NCBI GenBank assembly: GCA_039188945.1
Contig: JBCCYW010000003.1
Span: 8,573-72,572 of the forward strand
Direction: 5' to 3'
Length of the DNA: 64,000 nucleotides
From: Patescibacteria group bacterium
Lineage (GTDB): Bacteria; Patescibacteriota; Minisyncoccia; Phycocordibacterales; UBA918
The notes beneath the pieces were generated by a model. That model saw only the letters and a list, made by a program, of their open reading frames with translations, was not told where the DNA came from and did no database searches. Position numbers and translations under genes: made by a program. Positions 59,042 through 64,000 of the stretch are shown here, piece after piece. Position 1 is the stretch's first letter. Each line of letters begins with the position of its first letter.

Positions 59042-59057
59042 TTTTCCTCTTAATCTC

Positions 59058-59873
59058 CTATGTAGGCAATTGAAATTTTGTTCTTTCTTTACTAACTATA
59101 CCCTCAGCTAGCAACTTCTCCAATTGCGCATCAACGCGTAACTCATCAAACGGAAGCTTATGTAATTGTTTTCTAGTACAGGATTCACTAGAAAGCAGAC
59201 GAATAATGGCACCGCGAATCTGACGGTCACTACCTTTGAAGGTCGATTGTTTCGCATATTGTTTGCTTTGCGTAGTGTTATTACCTTCTGTTTGTTTGAG
59301 GTGCGAGCCGTAGTCCATAAGTGCCCAGTACCATTCTCGCGCTCGGTCACGGTCGAGAGTCTTCTCTACTAGTTTTAGTATCTCCTTATCATCAACGTCA
59401 GTCTGGTTCTTAAAAAAATGATGGAGGTAAACCGTTCGGATGTTTGTTTCGATAATTGGGACGGCTTGATTGTACGCAAAGGCCATCACCGCTCCAGCGG
59501 TGTAAGGACCAACACCCGGAAGATCGAGTAGGCCATCGTAGGTTTTGGGAAATGTTCCCTTAAGATCATTCGTTACGACTTGCGCTGCTTCCCATAACCG
59601 CTTCGCTCGAGAGTTGTAGCCCAAGCCTTGCCACATTCGTAACACCTCACCAAGTGGCGCGGCAGCTAGCTGCCGTGCCATCCCCCATCGCATCATAAAA
59701 TCTCGATACTTCGGCTCCACCCGACTCACCTGCGTCTGCTGCAACATTACTTCTGACACCAAAATATCGTATGGCTTACAATGTTTCTTTTTGCGCCACT
59801 GCAAATCATGACGGGCTTTTTTACTGTAAAAATCCCAGACTGTCTTAACAAACCTTCTCTCCTTTTGATTCAT
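59058..59873 (-). CDS. HhH-GPD superfamily base-excision DNA glycosylase (endonuclease III/MutY-like; no 4Fe-4S Cys cluster visible)
   Basis: ORF track 271 aa. MLQQTQVSRV...W.GLGYNSRAKRLWEAAQVV...LLDLPGVGPYTAGAVMAFAY is the helix-hairpin-helix GPD signature. Confidence 0.75.
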   Translation of the reverse strand: MNQKERRFVKTVWDFYSKKARHDLQWRKKKHCKPYDILVSEVMLQQTQVSRVEPKYRDFMMRWGMARQLAAAPLGEVLRMWQGLGYNSRAKRLWEAAQVVTNDLKGTFPKTYDGLLDLPGVGPYTAGAVMAFAYNQAVPIIETNIRTVYLHHFFKNQTDVDDKEILKLVEKTLDRDRAREWYWALMDYGSHLKQTEGNNTTQSKQYAKQSTFKGSDRQIRGAIIRLLSSESCTRKQLHKLPFDELRVDAQLEKLLAEGIVSKERTKFQLPT

Positions 59874-60097
59874 TATTCAACTACCCGGTAGGTTGCTTGG
59901 GGACGCTCCGGGATAATCCACCACGCAATTCCATACACAATAGCAACCGGTACAATTGCTGTCATGAGAGCTAACAATATAATCCCCAGTCGCCATAGCA
60001 CTGGATCGCCACCAAAGTAGTCTGAGAGGCCGCTCATTACGCCACCAATCGCTTTATTGTCATCATTTCGATACAATCGTTTTTCCATGTCCAACAT
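59873..60097 (-). CDS. PspC-domain small membrane protein
   Basis: ORF track 74 aa. LYRNDDNKAIGGVMSGLSDYFGGDPVLWRLGIILLALMT is the PspC domain followed by a TM helix. Confidence 0.65.
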   Translation of the reverse strand: MLDMEKRLYRNDDNKAIGGVMSGLSDYFGGDPVLWRLGIILLALMTAIVPVAIVYGIAWWIIPERPQATYRVVE

Positions 60098-60783
60098 TAT
60101 AGCTCATAGATCACATCCTTGCGCTCAACCACGATCTCCCAATCACGTAATTTTGCATGGTCAAATAATTTCTGATTAGGGTTAAAACAAATTGGCCGCT
60201 CAACAGCTTCTAGCAGTGTGATGTCGCCTTCAGTATCACCAACTGCAATTGATCCCTCTTGCGTTACATCTTCTTTCTCGATCACCCGAGATACAATATT
60301 GGCCTTGTTCTCGATGAGGTGAATATCGATCATGTCACCCGTAAAGCGATCCTGGGGACCAATCTCATAAATTCGGCCATATACTTTGTCAAAACCATAC
60401 TGCGCACAGAACTCATCAAGAATGGTTTTTGGTGACTGCGAGATTGCTACCACATAATAATCACTAGCCTTAAGTGAGCTAATGAGATCGCGCGTGTAGC
60501 GATACACATGCTTGCTCTGCTCGGCCACCACTGCCCGACCAACATCAGCTAAGTCACCATAAAACACTCCTTTAATATGCTCCATATAACTCTGCACCAC
60601 GGCAGCAATATAGGCTTCGTAACTTCCCTCTCGATTGACCCACGCCACAAACTCTTTCTGGTACGACTGTCTTGCTTCAGGCGGAAAGACCTCTTGCTCC
60701 ACCAACGTCTCGACCAACTCAATTAAGAGGCTGGAGCGAAAGATAGTACCGTCTACATCAAAAAAGGCTGCTCGTTTACTCAT
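60097..60783 (-). CDS. HAD-superfamily hydrolase (subfamily IB-like)
   Basis: ORF track 228 aa. Motif I FFDVDGTIFRSS. Later motifs VVAISQSP, GDTEGD. Confidence 0.75.
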   Translation of the reverse strand: MSKRAAFFDVDGTIFRSSLLIELVETLVEQEVFPPEARQSYQKEFVAWVNREGSYEAYIAAVVQSYMEHIKGVFYGDLADVGRAVVAEQSKHVYRYTRDLISSLKASDYYVVAISQSPKTILDEFCAQYGFDKVYGRIYEIGPQDRFTGDMIDIHLIENKANIVSRVIEKEDVTQEGSIAVGDTEGDITLLEAVERPICFNPNQKLFDHAKLRDWEIVVERKDVIYEL

Positions 60784-60947
60784 GTCAATGTATTAACTCA
60801 CTTATTATCTTCTGCGTCCAGGAATCTACTTTAGGAAAGAAGTAGATTCGGACATATACCACGAGAGCATTTCCATTTTTATATTCCTGTCAGTCATTAA
60901 AAAATTAGGTCAATTCAGAATAATCGCTGCGCTCATTTCTTCATTTA

Positions 60948-60976
60948 ACATCAAAAAAGGCTGCTCGTTTACTCAT
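60948..60976 (-). repeat. 29-bp perfect direct duplicate of the HAD gene start (acatcaaaaaaggctgctcgtttactcat). Other copy at 60755-60783
   Basis: Seen directly. The duplicate encodes the micro-ORF MSKRAAFFDVK* starting 2 nt after the stop of the 60979..61854 gene. Confidence 0.8.
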
Positions 60977-60978
60977 AC

Positions 60979-61854
60979 TTATCGAATCTCTATAAAAGTT
61001 GGGCCAAACGAACGCCACACCTCTGGTGAGACTTTTTTCTTATCAAATCGACCCTCAATTTGTTCACCCACTGCCTCAACCTCAATCGACTCATCAGGAT
61101 AGACAGCGTCTACATATAATAATTGCCCCGAGCCGTCAGCTCGTGAATACTCCATTAAGCTACCCGTGGTAGGCCTCACGCTCATGTGAATACCCTTTTG
61201 ACCGCGCAATAACTGGTGCCAACGGCCGGATACTCGAGGACGTACGGTTGGCCAAGGGATCATCCGCTGCTTTACATGAAGACGATACGTTACATACTCA
61301 ATATCCTGCAGTGGCAAGGCCAGTTCTGCCGCCGCAAATTCATCATTGAGGATGGCTCTGATTTTAGTGGTGTCAGGGTGATACACATCATAAATACTAC
61401 CGACCTCAAGATCTGGAAGTACGTCAGTTTTTTCTGACACCAAACCATCTTTCTCAACCCAGGCTTTTTCTCCGGCTCGCTCAACGTGCGCCCAACGACC
61501 CTGGTAACCAATCACCTCCACTATCATGCCGTAACGGAGCGTTCCAATAATAGTATCGAGTGCTCGAACTGGTCGTTGATAGCAAAACAAACCTTCGATA
61601 GCCACGAAGGCCCGACCCTCGTCGAATCGATACTCTCCAACCGACACTCCCACTTTTTGAGGTTCACTGTTCGCTGACGCAGGAACTCGGACCGCAGCCG
61701 ACTGTACCTGTGAGGTATATAGCGCAAGAGCATCCTTTACTTCAGTAGCAACCTGAGTGACTGGAGATGAGCTAGGAGCAGCTTTTTTCTCAATTTCTTT
61801 GCCGGTTGCAAAATCAGTTAGTTCGACGAGTACTTCCTTGAGTGCAACAATCAT
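60979..61854 (-). CDS. Hypothetical protein with probable bacterial SH3-like domain
   Basis: ORF track 291 aa. GTLRYGMIVEVIGYQGRWAHVERAGEKAWVEKDGL resembles SH3b. Confidence 0.45.
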   Translation of the reverse strand: MIVALKEVLVELTDFATGKEIEKKAAPSSSPVTQVATEVKDALALYTSQVQSAAVRVPASANSEPQKVGVSVGEYRFDEGRAFVAIEGLFCYQRPVRALDTIIGTLRYGMIVEVIGYQGRWAHVERAGEKAWVEKDGLVSEKTDVLPDLEVGSIYDVYHPDTTKIRAILNDEFAAAELALPLQDIEYVTYRLHVKQRMIPWPTVRPRVSGRWHQLLRGQKGIHMSVRPTTGSLMEYSRADGSGQLLYVDAVYPDESIEVEAVGEQIEGRFDKKKVSPEVWRSFGPTFIEIR

Positions 61855-61862
61855 AGTTCTGG

Positions 61863-62981
61863 CTAGAGAGTATTAAGTTGACGATAGGCCTGAAGAACAA
61901 TAGTCCCAACAACAGTGCTGAGGAAAATGATAAATACCAGCACACCAACTACTGGAATGAAGAATGAGGTTTCAAGCGCTAATGCACCAACCACAATCCA
62001 AAGTGGCGAGACCACCATCTGTTTATGAGCTAGCTGAGAAAGCCAGGCACCGATAGTGATCGGTAGCATTGCTAGCGAGTACAACACAACACCAATCCAG
62101 AGCACCAGAAGCAAAAGACCGATCAGTATTCCAATCACCGTAGCCAAGAGAAGTGATACGACAAGTGGTGTGGCTAACATCACCATCAAACCAACGAGTG
62201 ACTTTAACCAAAACCGATTCATCGTAAACAGCACCACCTCCGTTACACGAGGGCGCAAAAATACGTACAGCGTCAATGCCGCGAAGAGCAATATAAAGAG
62301 CGGGATGAGAATAGCCTGCAACTGATCCCTCACATCAATTTCTTCCGCGACTTCTGTTAGAGCAACGTCTCCAACTACTATTGCATTAGGAGAACGTTGG
62401 ATATCTCTCGGACTCACGTAAAGTACATCGCCACCAATGTCTGCACGATCACCAAGCGTCAACTGTGTAGCTCGCACATCAACCGTGCCACCAACCCGGC
62501 TATCAATCCGTACTCGGTCAGCTGCCCCCATAATGTTGCCGCCAATTGGTCCGGCAATTTCAATATCGCCTCCGAAAAACAACACGTCTCCTTGTACTGA
62601 CGCAGTAGAGAGGACCTTTACTGACCCACCAATGATCATAAGGTCTCCGGTAATCGTTTCTGCTACCGTCACATCACCAGCAATAATTCTCACATCATCA
62701 CCAACCGTGGCATGGACTTGAGCTGAACCAGCTACCACAAAAATATCCTCGTTTACCGTTCCGTTAATGGTAATGTTTCCAGCCGCGGCGTACATGTCTG
62801 CAGTGACCGTCCCCGACATCGATGCGATTCCAGCTGTTACATAGAAGTCACCATCTACGAGCTGCTCTTCAGAAACACTAACGGTTTCTCCCGTACGGTA
62901 CACCGTATTCGCAGCAGCAACACTGCTGCTCAAGTATGCAATTCCGATAACGACAACTGCTAATGAAAAAATTCGTAACAT
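61863..62981 (-). CDS. Bactofilin-like beta-helical repeat protein with N-terminal signal and C-terminal multi-TM region
   Basis: ORF track 372 aa. Repeated G-x-V/I hexad-like repeats (ITINGTVNEDIFVVAGSAQVHATVGDDVRIIAGDVTVAETITGDLMIIGGSVKV...) then 4 TM helices. Confidence 0.5.
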   Translation of the reverse strand: MLRIFSLAVVVIGIAYLSSSVAAANTVYRTGETVSVSEEQLVDGDFYVTAGIASMSGTVTADMYAAAGNITINGTVNEDIFVVAGSAQVHATVGDDVRIIAGDVTVAETITGDLMIIGGSVKVLSTASVQGDVLFFGGDIEIAGPIGGNIMGAADRVRIDSRVGGTVDVRATQLTLGDRADIGGDVLYVSPRDIQRSPNAIVVGDVALTEVAEEIDVRDQLQAILIPLFILLFAALTLYVFLRPRVTEVVLFTMNRFWLKSLVGLMVMLATPLVVSLLLATVIGILIGLLLLVLWIGVVLYSLAMLPITIGAWLSQLAHKQMVVSPLWIVVGALALETSFFIPVVGVLVFIIFLSTVVGTIVLQAYRQLNTL

Positions 62982-62984
62982 ACA

Positions 62985-63731
62985 CTACTGATTAGCCTCT
63001 TCACTGAGCTCTTTAGCTACCTCTTCGATCGCCTGATTCTCTTCCTCCACCTTTTGCTCCTCACGCTTGATAGTAGAAACTGCAATATTTTGATTCTGCT
63101 GTTCAGATAGATTCATGAGGAGAAAGATAACTACTGCAGCAAAGATAATACCAAGAAAGTTCAGCCCAAGAATAAGCGATGCCCCTTTGATAATAATTGG
63201 GTCTAGAGCAGCAATCCCGACACCCACTGCGGCCAGTGGCGGAATGAGCGCAACTGCAATCGCTACTCCCGGCAAGGTTGCGCTCCACTCAGGTCGAGCC
63301 ATAACATACGCTACCGCTGCACCAGCCACCACTGCCACAAAAAAGTGCAGGAGATGTGGTTCAGTACGACTCATCACTTCAGCTGTAGCGTACATAGTAG
63401 CGTCACCAAAGAAAAAAGCCGCAATCACCGACAAGCCAAGTCCTGCTCCGACTGACTTTGTCAGAGTAGAAACAGAGCGCCCTAGCACGTTGTAATTGCT
63501 CATTACCAAACCTAAAGCAACTCCTAGAATCGGATACATCAGTGGAGCAATGAGCATACTCCCAATTACAATCGAACCACTATTTAAAAGCAGTCCCATT
63601 GTCGCCATTAACGTGGAGAGGCCAATTAGATAGAAATAATCAAAATCAGGCGTACTGTTCTCCATGAGTTGACGAACAAGAGCCGCTTTGTCTTTGTCTT
63701 GGATTGCCCGCAGTCGTGCAAATAAGGTCAT
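62985..63731 (-). CDS. DUF389-family integral membrane protein
   Basis: ORF track 248 aa. LLNSGSIVIGSMLIAPLMYPILGVALGL matches the DUF389/TIGR00341 signature. Confidence 0.6.
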   Translation of the reverse strand: MTLFARLRAIQDKDKAALVRQLMENSTPDFDYFYLIGLSTLMATMGLLLNSGSIVIGSMLIAPLMYPILGVALGLVMSNYNVLGRSVSTLTKSVGAGLGLSVIAAFFFGDATMYATAEVMSRTEPHLLHFFVAVVAGAAVAYVMARPEWSATLPGVAIAVALIPPLAAVGVGIAALDPIIIKGASLILGLNFLGIIFAAVVIFLLMNLSEQQNQNIAVSTIKREEQKVEEENQAIEEVAKELSEEANQ

Positions 63732-63791
63732 AGAATAAGGCTATTATTATCGATAGCGATAGTATACCTGGCTTCAATGGTGAATGAAAGT

Positions 63792-64000
63792 TAGATGCAG
63801 CTGGCCAGACTCAACCCTTCCAGAAAAGTCGGTTGCTCCCCACTTTTTATTTGGTTAAACCGTTCAAGGCTAACTTTGTCAACCGCACAATCAATCGAAT
63901 CTTGCTCGATAACGTAGGTCTCTACATCAATACCAGCAGTTTCAATCAAGCTGCGCTGTGATTCACTCAACGGTAGCTCGCGCAGGGGAATTGGGTCAAT
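63792..64000 (-). CDS. 3' end of a gene whose N-terminus lies beyond the window (hypothetical)
   Basis: Minus-strand translation ...LPLSESQRSLIETAGIDVETYVIEQDSIDCAVDKVSLERFNQIKSGEQPTFLEGLSLASCI* reaches a stop near 63792. Frame at the window edge not fully verified. Confidence 0.3.

Overview
The window looks like a gene-dense bacterial chromosome segment with a Gram-positive-like or Patescibacteria/CPR-like surface-protein repertoire. That organism call is an inference from gene content only. Almost all genes from 1 to 44 kb lie on the minus strand.

(1) Positions 1 to about 21,000 are occupied by one giant minus-strand gene that the supplied ORF track misses. It has no ATG start (probable TTG or GTG start) and no stop codon inside the window. 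My own reverse-strand translation stays open for more than 6,900 codons. It starts with a signal peptide and contains repeated DUF2341-like and LamG-like modules.

(2) Positions 21.1 to 30.5 kb form a tightly packed minus-strand surface-protein cluster. It contains a cohesin-like membrane protein, Hsp20, a dockerin-bearing secreted protein, three tandem FGE-sulfatase (SUMF1-like) domain paralogs, a small coiled-coil membrane protein, a C-terminally anchored surface protein and a secreted protein.

(3) Positions 30.8 to 36.3 kb carry umuC, a strong sigma70-like promoter driving a plus-strand orphan ORF, a GH18-like hydrolase, a NUDIX gene, umuD and a CAP/SCP-domain protein. The ORF finder's LexA-looking protein is better read as UmuD.

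(4) Positions 36.3 to 44.0 kb carry an ECF sigma factor, a putative anti-sigma membrane protein, a 1,820-aa secreted protein (CBM4/9-like and CnaB-like domains, C-terminal membrane anchor with basic tail) and a sortase.

(5) Positions 44 to 64 kb hold housekeeping and envelope genes:
- a pseudouridine synthase
- tRNA-Ser(GGA) with a duplicated 3' end
- htpX, a MazG-like gene and lemA
- groES and groEL
- secG
- an ABC substrate-binding protein
- RNase J with an Arg/Gly-rich N-terminal extension
- an MFS transporter
- a HhH-GPD glycosylase, a PspC-domain protein and a HAD hydrolase
- a bactofilin-like repeat protein and a DUF389 membrane protein

Several clear rho-independent terminator hairpins and a 29-bp duplicated gene start are also visible. 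No CRISPR array, rRNA, transposase or integrase is recognisable.
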